Positions 30,685-41,086 of a DNA stretch of 64,000 nucleotides are shown here, piece by piece (the first letter of the stretch is position 1; each line of letters begins with the position of its first letter). Source of the DNA: an uncultured Candidatus Binatia bacterium. Lineage in GTDB: Bacteria; Desulfobacterota; Binatia; Bin18. Below the pieces are notes generated by a model, which ran no database searches, had not been told where the DNA came from, and saw nothing but the letters and a program-made list of their open reading frames with translations. Made by a program: the position numbers and the translations under genes. The stretch is from contig OZ243961.1 in the NCBI GenBank assembly GCA_965214605.1, forward strand, positions 384,001 through 448,000, read 5' to 3'.

Positions 30685-31500
30685 ATGCCGACATTCATGA
30701 CCGCAGACAGTGCTGAGTTATACTACAAAGTGGAAGGCGAGGAACAGGGCAAGCCTCCCCTGATTTTTATTCACGGCTGGTGCTCTAACCTGAACCACTG
30801 GCAAGCCCAGGTCTCCTCCTTCCAGGACTCGCATCGCATTCTGCGTATGGACCGGCGGGGCATGGGCAAATCAAGCACGCCTGGTTCCGGGCATACGCCC
30901 CAACAACACGCTGCGGACATCGCCGCCCTAGCCCGTCACGAAGGTTTCGCCAACGCGGTGGCAATTGCCCACGCCGGTGGCGGGCCGGCCGGAGTCGCCC
31001 TGTGCCACGACTATCCTGACCTGATCAATGCCTACATTATGGTTGATTCGGTCGTGACGCCCGGAGCCGATCTTGACCGGCCGATCAAAAGCTCGGCCCG
31101 ATTCTACGCTGAGATGAGAGAGAAGCTGATAGCGCCAGAAGGCGAGAGGTATTTTCGAGAGCTGTATAGCAGTTTTTTTGGCCCTCAGGCCGCCGCCCAG
31201 CTGGTCCAGACGGCGGTCGAAGAAGCCTGCCGTACGCCGGTCGAGGTCCGGGTCAAAGAGATTCAGCTCATGGCGACCGACACTCTCACCCCGGCTTCGG
31301 CCATGTCCCAGCCCACCCTCGTCATCGCCGGTCCGTGGATGGCTAAAAGCTTTCCACAAGCCGTCGATGACGAATATCTTCGGTCGTGTTTCAGGCATGT
31401 GGAACTGGCGCGGGCGATTGGCGCGGGCCACTTTATTCAACTCGAGGTGCCCGATCAGGTCAATGCCTTTATCCACAGCTTCGTGTCCAGACTGACCTGA
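30685..31500 (+). CDS. Alpha/beta fold hydrolase (atypical nucleophile elbow AHAGG)
   Basis: FIHGW, DRRGMGKS, GAGHFIQLE; GAGGAGG RBS. Confidence 0.82.
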   Translation: MPTFMTADSAELYYKVEGEEQGKPPLIFIHGWCSNLNHWQAQVSSFQDSHRILRMDRRGMGKSSTPGSGHTPQQHAADIAALARHEGFANAVAIAHAGGGPAGVALCHDYPDLINAYIMVDSVVTPGADLDRPIKSSARFYAEMREKLIAPEGERYFRELYSSFFGPQAAAQLVQTAVEEACRTPVEVRVKEIQLMATDTLTPASAMSQPTLVIAGPWMAKSFPQAVDDEYLRSCFRHVELARAIGAGHFIQLEVPDQVNAFIHSFVSRLT

Positions 31501-31539
31501 GAGACAACGCTCTCAAGCAGCTCTCCTTCCGAGGCTGAT

Positions 31540-31956
31540 TTAGCCCACCGCGTCCAAACCAGCTTGGGCGCAGGCGATATCCTGCTCCACGGTCCCGCCA
31601 CTGACCCCGATTGCCCCGACCACGGCATCGCCACTGCGAATCGGCAGCCCACCGCCGAAGGTCACAATGCGGGGAATATGGGGTACGCCAGCCAAGAGGG
31701 CGGGATCGTTCTTGATAAAATCGAAAAATTCGTGTGACGGCATACCAAATAATGCGGTATAGGCTTTATTTTGGGACACCTCAATACTGACCAAGGGGGT
31801 GCCGTCCATGCGGCAAAACGCTTTCAGCAAGCCGCTTTCGTCAAGAACAGCCACCACCTGAGCGACGCCAAGCTCTTCAGCCTTGGCAACCGCCGCAGCC
31901 ACCATCTTTTGCGCCATGCCGGACGTAATACTCTGTTTGATAAATGTGTCTGCCAT
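31540..31956 (-). CDS. GlcG/HbpS family heme-binding protein
   Basis: RMDG..NKAYTA, GGGLPI..GAIGVSGG..QD. Confidence 0.9.
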   Translation of the reverse strand: MADTFIKQSITSGMAQKMVAAAVAKAEELGVAQVVAVLDESGLLKAFCRMDGTPLVSIEVSQNKAYTALFGMPSHEFFDFIKNDPALLAGVPHIPRIVTFGGGLPIRSGDAVVGAIGVSGGTVEQDIACAQAGLDAVG

Positions 31957-31968
31957 ACCGTCTCCTTC

Positions 31969-32256
31969 CTATGAGATCCTACGATCCGAGTGTCCAAGAT
32001 CTTTTTGCGGGGCAACGCGATCTCGTACCCGCTGTTTCAGCTCTTTGAGTTCAGGAAAACACCCCTGCTCTTTATGCGACCAGATCAACTCGTCGTTGAC
32101 CCGCACCTCAAAAATACCGCTCCCGCCCGGCACAAGCGCCACCTCTCCTAACTCGGTGGCAAAGCTGGTCAGGAGCTCCTGGGCCGTCCAGCTGGCACGC
32201 AGCAACCAGCGGCACCGGGGGCAGTATACAATCTCAATACGCGGCTGATGCTGCAC
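31969..32256 (-). CDS. SelT/SelW/SelH (Rdx) family protein
   Basis: IEIVYCPRCRWLLRASWTAQELL..GIFEV..FPE..LKQRVRD..DLGH. Confidence 0.88.
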   Translation of the reverse strand: MQHQPRIEIVYCPRCRWLLRASWTAQELLTSFATELGEVALVPGGSGIFEVRVNDELIWSHKEQGCFPELKELKQRVRDRVAPQKDLGHSDRRIS

Positions 32257-32272
32257 GGGGGAAGATCCTGGC

Positions 32273-33199
32273 TTAAAAAATTGCCACTGGCTGACACGGA
32301 GAGCCGGTACTACCGACAATGCGCAGCGGCATGGCGGAAAAGAGGAATTCATACCGCCCCTCCTCCCCACAAGCGGTCGCCAGAGTGTCAAGCGCCGCGT
32401 TATCAATCAGACACAAGCCTAACAAGGGAATCCCCAAATGGACGCCAAACGCAAAGCCTTCGTAGCCAATCGGGCGTTCATCCATCAGGTCCCACACCAA
32501 GGCTGAGACGTCGTGCCGGCGGAGCCACTCAAGACAGGCGATATGCAGTCCCGGTCGCACAGTGACAGTGGCGAATCCCTGCGGAGAGATTATTGGTACC
32601 GCGTCCGGCTCAGCTGCCTCATATGTATCACGGCCACTACGGATCACAACCACATCACCGGCTTCGACCCTCAGTCCGGCCTGTTCAGCAGCCGCGTCGA
32701 GTTCAGGCGGCGTGACTGGCTGGCCGACCGCGACATAGCCGGCCTGTCTGGAGGATGCCACATCGAGCAACACTCCACGCGACACCACACCGTCAAACCA
32801 CACGTCTAGCGCCCCCCAACTGGCCCCGGCGTGACCGACATGCTCGCTGAAGCGACGCCCATTGTAGAGCTGACCCTGGTACTCCACATGACACAGGGCA
32901 TCCATATGGGTCATGGTATGACCGTGATAGATCATACCAAAATAATCTACCGCAGCCTGTGCGGCCCCCCGCCGAATCGGATACAGCATATGGTAGTCCA
33001 AGGCAGGCTGGGGAGGGATGTCGCGCGCGAGCGAGATCACCCGGCCCCGACAGGCCAAAGCTACGGCGGCCGCCCGCTTTTCCTGAGTGATTAAATTCAG
33101 CGTGCCACGCTGGTCATCAGTCCCCCAACGGCCCCAATTATTCAAGCGCTCAAAATAGCCTTCGACCTCGGTCTGTGACGGTGGAGTCCAGTCAGCCAT
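32273..33199 (-). CDS. Cyclase family (kynurenine formamidase-like) protein
   Basis: NWGRWGTDDQRGTLN, HGHTMTHMDALCH, TGSPCQP. Confidence 0.88.
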   Translation of the reverse strand: MADWTPPSQTEVEGYFERLNNWGRWGTDDQRGTLNLITQEKRAAAVALACRGRVISLARDIPPQPALDYHMLYPIRRGAAQAAVDYFGMIYHGHTMTHMDALCHVEYQGQLYNGRRFSEHVGHAGASWGALDVWFDGVVSRGVLLDVASSRQAGYVAVGQPVTPPELDAAAEQAGLRVEAGDVVVIRSGRDTYEAAEPDAVPIISPQGFATVTVRPGLHIACLEWLRRHDVSALVWDLMDERPIGYEGFAFGVHLGIPLLGLCLIDNAALDTLATACGEEGRYEFLFSAMPLRIVGSTGSPCQPVAIF

Positions 33200-34361
33200 G
33201 AGCATCCTCCTGAGGCTCGTCCGTTGGTCCGGACACACCATACAGCTCGGCCGCGTTGTGCCACGCGATCTGCTCACGGTCGCGGACCGGGATTTGGTCG
33301 AACGTCCGAGCCATACGCTCATGACTATTCGGCCACGTTGAGGTGGCGAGTGGAAAATTTGTCGTCCATAGGACGTTCTGGGCGCCTAGAAATTTATAAG
33401 TGTGAAGCAGACTCTGGCGATCGTACCAGCTGGTGAAATAGCACTGACGTTTGAACATCTCGGTCGGCTTCAGGTCATAGCCCTGTAGAGTCAGACGAAA
33501 CTGCTCAAAATGATAGTCGGCCGCCTCCAGGGCAAACACGCCCCAGCCCAGAGCGCTTTCCGCAAACACGACACGCAAGCGTGAAAAACGCGACAAAATC
33601 CGCGACACCAGGAGGTTGCCAAGAACCGTGGCCGAGCTAAACGGACGGGATAAGGCTTGGAAGGCCCCGGCCAGAGAGGGGGAAAAAGCGGGGTCGGGCG
33701 GAAACTGAATATCTGGAGAGGAGCCGGCGTGGAAGCAGATCGGGACCCCTAGCTCTTGACAGGTCGCCCACACCGGATCGTACTCCACTTCGTTAATGTG
33801 CGGTACCTTGCGCAGATGCATGGGGATGGCTGGATACACCACGCCCCGATGACCGCTGGCTACCGCCCGTTCGATCTCGGCAACCGTTGCTTCAACCGGA
33901 TACAGAGGCACTACGCACTGGGGAATAAAGCGCGGACTCACCCTTGCCCACTCCTCAATCAGCCAGTCATTATAGGCCTGCACACAGGCCAGCTCAAGGG
34001 CTGGATCGGTCAGGCGGCCAAAGGTTTCTCCGGCCAAGCCAGCAATGCCGGGATACAGCACCGCCGCATCCACGCCGTCGGTATCCATAGCTTTTAGCCG
34101 CTCGGCCGGCTGATAGGCAATAGGCGGGACCTCCTCCCATCGTTGTGGCTCTCGGGTTCGATCAGCCAGGGTTGCCCCCACCGCGGCAACCCCAGCCAAG
34201 GCTATCGGTTGGCCATCGACCAGCCAGTGCTGGGTTCCATCAGCGTTGTCTGCTAGATGCGGAATACGCTCACCCCAGCTTTTGGACAAACGCTCGGCCC
34301 ACACCTGCGGATGTTCCACCACGTGCTCATCGCTGCTAATAAATCCGAATCGGCGTTCCAC
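33192..34361 (-). CDS. Amidohydrolase family protein, degenerate C-terminal motif
   Basis: ISSDEH, CFHAG, AESALGW, but LWTTNFP where SDYPH is expected. Confidence 0.85.
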   Translation of the reverse strand: MERRFGFISSDEHVVEHPQVWAERLSKSWGERIPHLADNADGTQHWLVDGQPIALAGVAAVGATLADRTREPQRWEEVPPIAYQPAERLKAMDTDGVDAAVLYPGIAGLAGETFGRLTDPALELACVQAYNDWLIEEWARVSPRFIPQCVVPLYPVEATVAEIERAVASGHRGVVYPAIPMHLRKVPHINEVEYDPVWATCQELGVPICFHAGSSPDIQFPPDPAFSPSLAGAFQALSRPFSSATVLGNLLVSRILSRFSRLRVVFAESALGWGVFALEAADYHFEQFRLTLQGYDLKPTEMFKRQCYFTSWYDRQSLLHTYKFLGAQNVLWTTNFPLATSTWPNSHERMARTFDQIPVRDREQIAWHNAAELYGVSGPTDEPQEDAHG

Positions 34362-34380
34362 CCGTTCCGCCCTTCCTGTC

Positions 34381-35595
34381 CTAGGCGAGCTTATAGAGCT
34401 TTTGTGCGTTGGCGTACAACAGCTGCCGGCGCTCGTCAGCTGGCACAGCGATCAGGGTTCGCTCGACCGTCTCCCACGAGTTGGGATAGGTTGAGGTGTT
34501 GTGTGGATAGTCCGACTGCCACATAATGTTGTCCAGTCCGATGGTGTGGCGCGTCTCCAACCCAACCTTCTCAAACCAAAAACATACGTATATCTGCCGT
34601 CGAAACTGCTCACTCGGTCGGGTCACTACCCCCTCGGTCCAGAGCCGCCGGCGTTCCCACTCGTGGTCACACGCCTCAAGAGCATAGTTGATCCAGCCTA
34701 AACCTGTCTCTGCACACACCCACTTGAGACGCGGATAGCGCTCCAAGTTACCGGAGAAGATCAGATTGGGCAGAAACTGACACACGGCCGACAGTCCACC
34801 AGGAATAAAACTGACCGTGATCTGGGCTCGGTTATAGGCTTTCCAGTTCGGTGGGCGAAGCACAATCCCGGCATTAGCATGCCAATGAATCGGCACATCG
34901 AGCGCCTGGCACACGTCCCACAGCGGGTTCCAATACGGGTCGTTGACCCGGGGCACCGCTCTGGCCGTTGGGCCGACCCCGGCCAGACCAAACAGGTCAT
35001 CCCGGCCCTGCAGCACAAGGCTCGGCTCGGCCACCATCAGAATACCTTTGTGCCCCTTTTTGACCGCACGTTCGACCTCGGCCACCACGATGCTGATATC
35101 GCTCAGGTAGGGGATAAGGGCCAGCGGGATGTAGCGTGGACTGACCTCGCTCCACTCAGCCAACCCGTCGTTATAGGCCTGAATACAGGCCAGTTCGAAC
35201 TCAGCATCGCCCTGTAGAAAGGTCGCGTTTTGGACTGGAGGATTGGGGAACAAGACCTCGGCATCAACTCCGTCCTCGTCCAACACCTTCAACCGTTCAA
35301 TCGGATCGTAGACCTTAAGCGGCACCTCTTCCCAACGCTGGGGATGATACGTTCGCCTCGGATCATCCATTACCGCCGGGCAGTTACATACCCCGCGCGT
35401 GTCAACGACCTTGCCGTTGATCACCCAACGCTCGACCGCACGGTCAACCGGCTCGGCCATCAGCGCGGGATCGCGCGTTTCAACAATATGCGGAATACGA
35501 TCGCCCCATTTGCTCGTGGACATGCGATCGAGAAAGGTGTTCTTATCCAACTGTCCGTGGGAATCGGCACTGATTAATCCGTGGATGATATCCAT
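34381..35595 (-). CDS. Amidohydrolase family protein
   Basis: ISADSH, IHWHAN, AETGLGW, MWQSDYPH. Confidence 0.88.
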   Translation of the reverse strand: MDIIHGLISADSHGQLDKNTFLDRMSTSKWGDRIPHIVETRDPALMAEPVDRAVERWVINGKVVDTRGVCNCPAVMDDPRRTYHPQRWEEVPLKVYDPIERLKVLDEDGVDAEVLFPNPPVQNATFLQGDAEFELACIQAYNDGLAEWSEVSPRYIPLALIPYLSDISIVVAEVERAVKKGHKGILMVAEPSLVLQGRDDLFGLAGVGPTARAVPRVNDPYWNPLWDVCQALDVPIHWHANAGIVLRPPNWKAYNRAQITVSFIPGGLSAVCQFLPNLIFSGNLERYPRLKWVCAETGLGWINYALEACDHEWERRRLWTEGVVTRPSEQFRRQIYVCFWFEKVGLETRHTIGLDNIMWQSDYPHNTSTYPNSWETVERTLIAVPADERRQLLYANAQKLYKLA

Positions 35596-35640
35596 GGGGC
35601 GTCTTCCTTCGTAGGGCTTGACCTTGTACAGGCGTAAATT

Positions 35641-36393
35641 TTACTTTTCCATGCCTTGGATCGCGTCCTGAGTGCTCCCGCCATAGCTCTCGGCCGCGTC
35701 TTGATCAAAGGTCAGCACGACCAGAGTTGCCCCGTCCGGCCCGCAGATGAGCGGGCCTGCGTCTTCGCCCGCCCCCACAAAGCGCAGGCCTTTTGGCTCA
35801 AGCGACTTCCCGTCGATCAGGACCGAGCCGGATAGCACCACTTCATAGCGTCCGTAGGCAGGTGCTCCGAGCGCAAACTCCGTATGCGGCGGACACTCAA
35901 TAATCTGGGCCGAGGGCCCGCTGCTGTCCGGAATTAAGACCTTTTGCCGCGCGTGTGGATAGCCGGGCAGCAGCTCCCAGTCCACCTCGTGGGCGCTCCG
36001 GGAGATTTCTCTGCCCCGCGTATTGGCCTGGTAGCGGCGTTTCTTGTCCCGCATCATCACCACCCCGCCAGGTTTGGTGTGTAAGACCATCATATCATGC
36101 TGACTGACCTTAAACGGGCCGTAGGGAACGTTGTGTTCCGTATAATGGACGGCCGGAGCATCTAATCGAAAAGTCGGAAACTCCATTGACCCCTCCAACA
36201 AGAGCTGGAACTGGGCGGCCAAATGAAAGTGGGGCTCAACCTCATAGCCCTCAGAGATTTGGGCCCGGATGGCCTCAGGTCCGCCGTCTTCTCCCTTGAG
36301 GTACATTTGTAGCTGGGTCTCGCCACCGCCATCTAGCGCCAGCGTCTTCCACGGCACCTCACACGGCTCAACAGCAAAGCGATGCGTATCCAT
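35641..36393 (-). CDS. Cupin-like (bicupin) hypothetical protein
   Basis: EPHFHLAAQFQLLLEGS and HYTEHNVPYGP, plus a second beta-rich repeat; AGGAGGA RBS. Confidence 0.65.
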   Translation of the reverse strand: MDTHRFAVEPCEVPWKTLALDGGGETQLQMYLKGEDGGPEAIRAQISEGYEVEPHFHLAAQFQLLLEGSMEFPTFRLDAPAVHYTEHNVPYGPFKVSQHDMMVLHTKPGGVVMMRDKKRRYQANTRGREISRSAHEVDWELLPGYPHARQKVLIPDSSGPSAQIIECPPHTEFALGAPAYGRYEVVLSGSVLIDGKSLEPKGLRFVGAGEDAGPLICGPDGATLVVLTFDQDAAESYGGSTQDAIQGMEK

Positions 36394-36526
36394 ACGAAAC
36401 TCCTCCTTATAGACATACGCATGGCTTACTGCATCACGCGGCTGATCGTCAAGACGTGCACGTGGCGAAGCATTGAAAGCCGGTCGCGAATCTGAGAAAA
36501 CGGTCTGGAGGGCAGAGGGGGATTCC

Positions 36527-38302
36527 ATGCAGACGCTTCGTGGTTTATGGCAAGTTCTCCGAGGGAGTTACAGCAAACTGGCGCTAGCCATCGCCTGCGG
36601 CCTGCTGTTTGCCGGGACCGGGCTGATTCCACCGCTGCTTATTCGGCGGATTATTCAATGGATTACGGACGGGGGCGGCACTCCCCAAGCCCTGGCGATT
36701 ATCACCCTCCTGCTGTTCCTCGTGTATGTCGGACGTGGCCTGGGCCGCTATGGCTACGGGCGTTTTTCCCACGAGGTGTCGTTCGATGTTCTGCACAGTC
36801 TGATGGTCCGGGTGTATACCCACCTCCAAGGTCTGCCCCACCGCTTTTTCCACAATCAACGGACGGGCTCGTTGATCGCCCGGTCGATCAACGACATTGA
36901 AGCAATCGAAGACTTCATCGCCCACGGCATTCCAGAACTCATCGTTGCCTGTGTCCTACCCACAGCAATGATCAGCGTCCTGTTCTATCTGAACTGGCAG
37001 CTGGCCCTGATTGCTCTCGTGCCGCTACCGCTCGCCAGCTGGCTGGTCTTTCGTTCGATCTCAAAAGTCCGCAAAAAGTGGCGCCCGGTTCGGACACGAC
37101 TCGAAGAACTCACCGCCCAGGTACAGGACAACCTGTCCGGGATAAGCGTGATTAAGTCGTTTGTCCAGGAACGCCGCCAGGCCAACGAAATCGAGACACG
37201 CAGCCGCCGACTGCATGACGACATGCTGCGCGCCAGTGCTCTGTCGTTTGTACCGGTCGGTGTTATTGAGGTCACCAGCGGCGTGGGGGTCGTCCTGGTT
37301 GCCCTGGCTGGCGGTTACATGGCTCTCGGTGGCGCGGTCAGCGCGGCGGATCTTTTTGTGTTTATTATCTACCTCACCCAGATCTACCAACCCTTTCTCC
37401 AGCTGGCCAATACCAATGATACACTCCAAAAAGCCGCCGTCAGCTCAGAGCGTGTTTTCGAGCTGCTTGACATTCAGCCCGATATTGTCAGCCCCCCAAA
37501 CGCGCTGCGACCGGCCCGGATGGACTGGGATATTGCGCTCCAGAACGTGACCTTCGCCTATCAACCGGGCCGCCCTGTGCTGTCTGAGGTCAGTATTCAA
37601 GTCCCCCAAGGCGCAATGGTCGCCCTCGTCGGATCAACCGGGGCGGGCAAAACCACCGCTACCAGCCTCATTCCCCGTTTCTACGACCCACAGCAGGGCA
37701 GCGTCCGGATCGGCGGCTATGACGTCCAGACGCTCGATCTGAACTTCCTACGCCGCAATATTGCGATGGTCCTCCAAGATGTATTTCTGTTCCACGGCAG
37801 TGTGCGTCAGAACCTGTTGTTCGGCCGACCAACCGCCAGTCTGGATGAAATGCGGGCCGCGGCCCGAGCTGCTAACGCCGAAGAGTTCATCCTGCACTTA
37901 ACGGACGGTTACGACACCTTGATCGGCGAACGGGGCGTCAGGCTCTCGGCTGGCCAAAAGCAACGCCTGTCTATTGCTCGGGCGATTTTAAAAGACGCGC
38001 CAATCCTGATTCTCGATGAGGCGACCTCGTCGGTCGACACCGAAACCGAGCACCTGATCCAGCAGGCGATCTCGCGGCTCACCGCCCAACGGACCACGGT
38101 CGCCATTGCCCATCGTCTGAGTACAATTCAGCATGCCGACCTCATCGTTGTTTTGGATAAGGGCAGGATTGTTGAACAGGGCACCCACGACAGCCTGCTA
38201 GCCCACAACGGCCACTATGCGCGCATGGTCCGCGCCCAAGACCTGTCTCGCGAGTGGCAGCTTGGGGCGAGGAGCCCGACCCTCACCGCAGCCGCCGATT
38301 GA
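36527..38302 (+). CDS. ABC exporter, fused permease/ATPase (MsbA-like)
   Basis: N-terminal TM domain, GSTGAGKT, LSAGQKQR, ILDEATS, IAHRLST. Confidence 0.92.
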   Translation: MQTLRGLWQVLRGSYSKLALAIACGLLFAGTGLIPPLLIRRIIQWITDGGGTPQALAIITLLLFLVYVGRGLGRYGYGRFSHEVSFDVLHSLMVRVYTHLQGLPHRFFHNQRTGSLIARSINDIEAIEDFIAHGIPELIVACVLPTAMISVLFYLNWQLALIALVPLPLASWLVFRSISKVRKKWRPVRTRLEELTAQVQDNLSGISVIKSFVQERRQANEIETRSRRLHDDMLRASALSFVPVGVIEVTSGVGVVLVALAGGYMALGGAVSAADLFVFIIYLTQIYQPFLQLANTNDTLQKAAVSSERVFELLDIQPDIVSPPNALRPARMDWDIALQNVTFAYQPGRPVLSEVSIQVPQGAMVALVGSTGAGKTTATSLIPRFYDPQQGSVRIGGYDVQTLDLNFLRRNIAMVLQDVFLFHGSVRQNLLFGRPTASLDEMRAAARAANAEEFILHLTDGYDTLIGERGVRLSAGQKQRLSIARAILKDAPILILDEATSSVDTETEHLIQQAISRLTAQRTTVAIAHRLSTIQHADLIVVLDKGRIVEQGTHDSLLAHNGHYARMVRAQDLSREWQLGARSPTLTAAAD

Positions 38303-38969
38303 GAAGATTCAAAACACCGGTACGATCAGATCGCCATCCATAGAAAATAATTTGGCCGCATCGGCTGGAAATGAGGGCTTTCTCCAGAAGACTCCAAAAG
38401 AATCCCCAGGGCAAGAGTTCCACCTTCTACATACCGTGACGCGCCATACTTTATCTGCAGGCGGATTTTCCGATGGGCTGCACAAAGGCTGTCTTATACC
38501 TCGAGTAAGAGAATGTCCTTGCACGCCTTGCAGCAGACATACGAATCCCGAACGCGTAGGCAATAGACTCTAATGTGAGAGAGAGCCACAGGCTGCTCCC
38601 CGCGCGCAATCCACCCCCTGTACGTTCGGCAGCATCCGGCAAATCCTTACTTGCGAAAATTTCCTTGTTTTCTGCAGTGCACACGCCCGCTCGCCACACT
38701 TCTTCAGATGGCGGCATTATGGACATGAGGAGAGTCCAATTATCCGGACGACTTCATCAGAGCACACAGTTGAGAGGGACGCCGGAGGGAGCAGCAATGA
38801 AAGGATAGTAAGGGGAGGCCGCGCGCGTTGCCCCTGAGAGGAGGAGATCCCTCCCCTGCCGTGACAGAGCGAGTTGACCAAATCTCCACCAAGAAGACCT
38901 TCATGCTGATCGCCTCCCCCCGCTGTGTCGCCGGGCGCTGCCAGCCACGCGGGCAGACTGCTCTCCCAA

Positions 38970-39950
38970 TCAGCCCACGAACTCGGGCATGACCTCCTTG
39001 ACAAACAGCTCCTGAGACTCGGCCGAAGCCGGTATGACAATATGGTAGGTGAAGCCCAGCTCCTCAATCCGGGTGTGGAGGTCACGCTTGACCTTGTCCG
39101 GCGTGCCCATCAGCAGCAAGGGCGAGCGGAGCGCCATATCGACATTGGGGAAGCCTAACCGGGCCGCGGTTTTTGCCAGGGCGGGATCCGCGGGGTCACG
39201 GCTCAGGTGGAGGAGCAACAAGGCGCTCAGCTCAAGGTCATGCGGACCACGTCCGGCCGCCTCCAGACAGCCATGCAGCAAGTCGAGACGTCGTTTCAGA
39301 TACGGGGTGTCGAATCTGACGGTCATCACGGGGTCGTTCACAAAATCCTTGCCGTTAAAGATCGGCGGAATGATATTCAGCAGATCGGCTTCGGCCGCAG
39401 CGATTTTGAGCAGACCGCTGCCCGAGCCGCCGAGCATCAGCGGCGGATGGGGTTTCTGGACCGGACGCGGATTGTTGTAGGCACTCCGAATCGAGAAGTA
39501 CTGGCCCTCAAACGTGGGCTCAGCCTGGGTCCACATGGCCTTGAGCACCTGTATAGTCTCGGCCAGCTGGGCCAAGCGTTCGGCGTTGGAAGGATAAGGG
39601 TAGCCGTGTGCCTTGTACTCGTCCTGCTTCCAGCCGGCACCCAAGCCGAGCGTCAGGCGCCCCTGACTGAGCTGGTCGAGGGTCGAGGTGATTTTGGCCA
39701 GCATAGGAGGGGGGCGGAACGAGGCGGCCACAACGGACGGCACCAGGCGGATACGTTCGGTTACCGCCGCCACAGCGGTCAGGGTGGTCAGACACTCCAG
39801 CTGGGGCGTTTGGGGCACACCCAGGGGACTAAAGAAATGATCGTTGATCGAGACTGAAAAAAACCCTTCGCTCTCAGCCCGCAGGGCCGCCTTTTTGGCA
39901 GCGGCAAAGTCTCCAGTGGGTAAAAATGTGCCAAACTTAAGGTCATGCAT
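38970..39950 (-). CDS. LLM class flavin-dependent oxidoreductase
   Basis: NDHF, TLDQLSQGRLTLGLGAGW, PRPVQKPHPPLMLGG. Confidence 0.9.
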   Translation of the reverse strand: MHDLKFGTFLPTGDFAAAKKAALRAESEGFFSVSINDHFFSPLGVPQTPQLECLTTLTAVAAVTERIRLVPSVVAASFRPPPMLAKITSTLDQLSQGRLTLGLGAGWKQDEYKAHGYPYPSNAERLAQLAETIQVLKAMWTQAEPTFEGQYFSIRSAYNNPRPVQKPHPPLMLGGSGSGLLKIAAAEADLLNIIPPIFNGKDFVNDPVMTVRFDTPYLKRRLDLLHGCLEAAGRGPHDLELSALLLLHLSRDPADPALAKTAARLGFPNVDMALRSPLLLMGTPDKVKRDLHTRIEELGFTYHIVIPASAESQELFVKEVMPEFVG

Positions 39951-40018
39951 CAGTTGGTTGCTCCTCTTGTGTTGCTGCGGTCTTCGGTCAGCTCTAGCGG
40001 CCCATAGCCATATCCCGA

Positions 40019-40928
40019 TCAGCCCGAACCCGCAGAGGTGAGGCCCAGCTCCTCAATGCGGGTGTAGAGATCCCGTTTGACTCTGTCAGAGGTACCCATC
40101 AGCGTCAGAGGTGGCTTGAGCGCCGTGTCCGCAGTGGGGGAGCAGAGAAAGGTCGCGGTGTGGGCGAACGCGGGATCGACAGGATCCTGGCTGAGGTGGA
40201 TTACCATCCCCTCGTTCCATCTCCTTTGGATTGCGTCCGCATTCTTCCATGTACAGTATACTGAGACGCTTTTTCAGAGAGGGGAGATCGAATTCCAAGG
40301 CCATAGCAGGGTCGTTTGGATAATCCTTACCAGTAAAGATCGGAGGGTTGATATTGAGAATATCCGCTTCCGCGGCTGCGATTTTGAGCAGACCGCTCCC
40401 CGAGCCACCAAGCATCAGCGGGGGATGGGGTTTTTGGACAGGACGCGGATTGTTGGACGCGTTGTGAATTGAGAAATACCTGCCCTGAAAGCTCGGCTCC
40501 TTTTGTGTGACCATCGCCTTTAACACCTGCAATGGTTTCCATAAGCTGCTCCAAGCGCTCCCAATTCGAGGGATACCGATACCCATGTGCATAGTATTCG
40601 CCGGCTTCCGGCCTGTACCTAGATCAAGCGTCAGGTGGCCGTGGCTGATGTGGTCAAGGGTGGACGTAATTTTAGTCAACATCGGTGGCGCGCGAAACGC
40701 GGCGGCTGTGTCACACACGAAGTGAGACGGATACGCTCGGTCACAGCGGCGAGAGCCGTTAGCGTGGTATAGCACTCGAGTTGGGGCGTTTGAGGGTCTC
40801 CAAGCGGGGTAAAGAAGTGATCGATAATTGACACCGATAAAAGCCCTCGTTTTCCGCCTACAGAGCTGTCTGCCTGGCAACGGCAAAGTCGTCTGCGGGC
40901 AAATAGAGTCCAAACTTAGGGACATGCA
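40019..40928 (-). pseudogene. Degraded tandem duplicate of the LLM oxidoreductase
   Basis: Near-identical blocks (NNPRPVQKPHPPLMLGGSGSGLLKIAAAEAD, LMGT.D.VKRDL.TRIEELG) spread over several frames; shares the start context catgcatcagttg. Confidence 0.88.
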
Positions 40929-41086
40929 TCAGTTGCGCCTCTCATATTTGAGTCAGCGCTCCGTCTCCTATACCAGATAGGCGTAGACTGCAATACGCAA
41001 ACTCGGCAGCCTTCTTTCTTGACTTTGTACGGGCCAACTGCCATGAGAGGCGTAAGGATCAGCCCACCACATGGGGAGGACACCGT

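Noticed and set aside
31969-32256. Possible selenoprotein
   Set aside because: The motif is CPRC encoded by TGC codons, with no in-frame TGA.
38451-38726. IS256-like transposase fragment
   Set aside because: Only vague resemblance; no catalytic motif or terminal inverted repeats identified.
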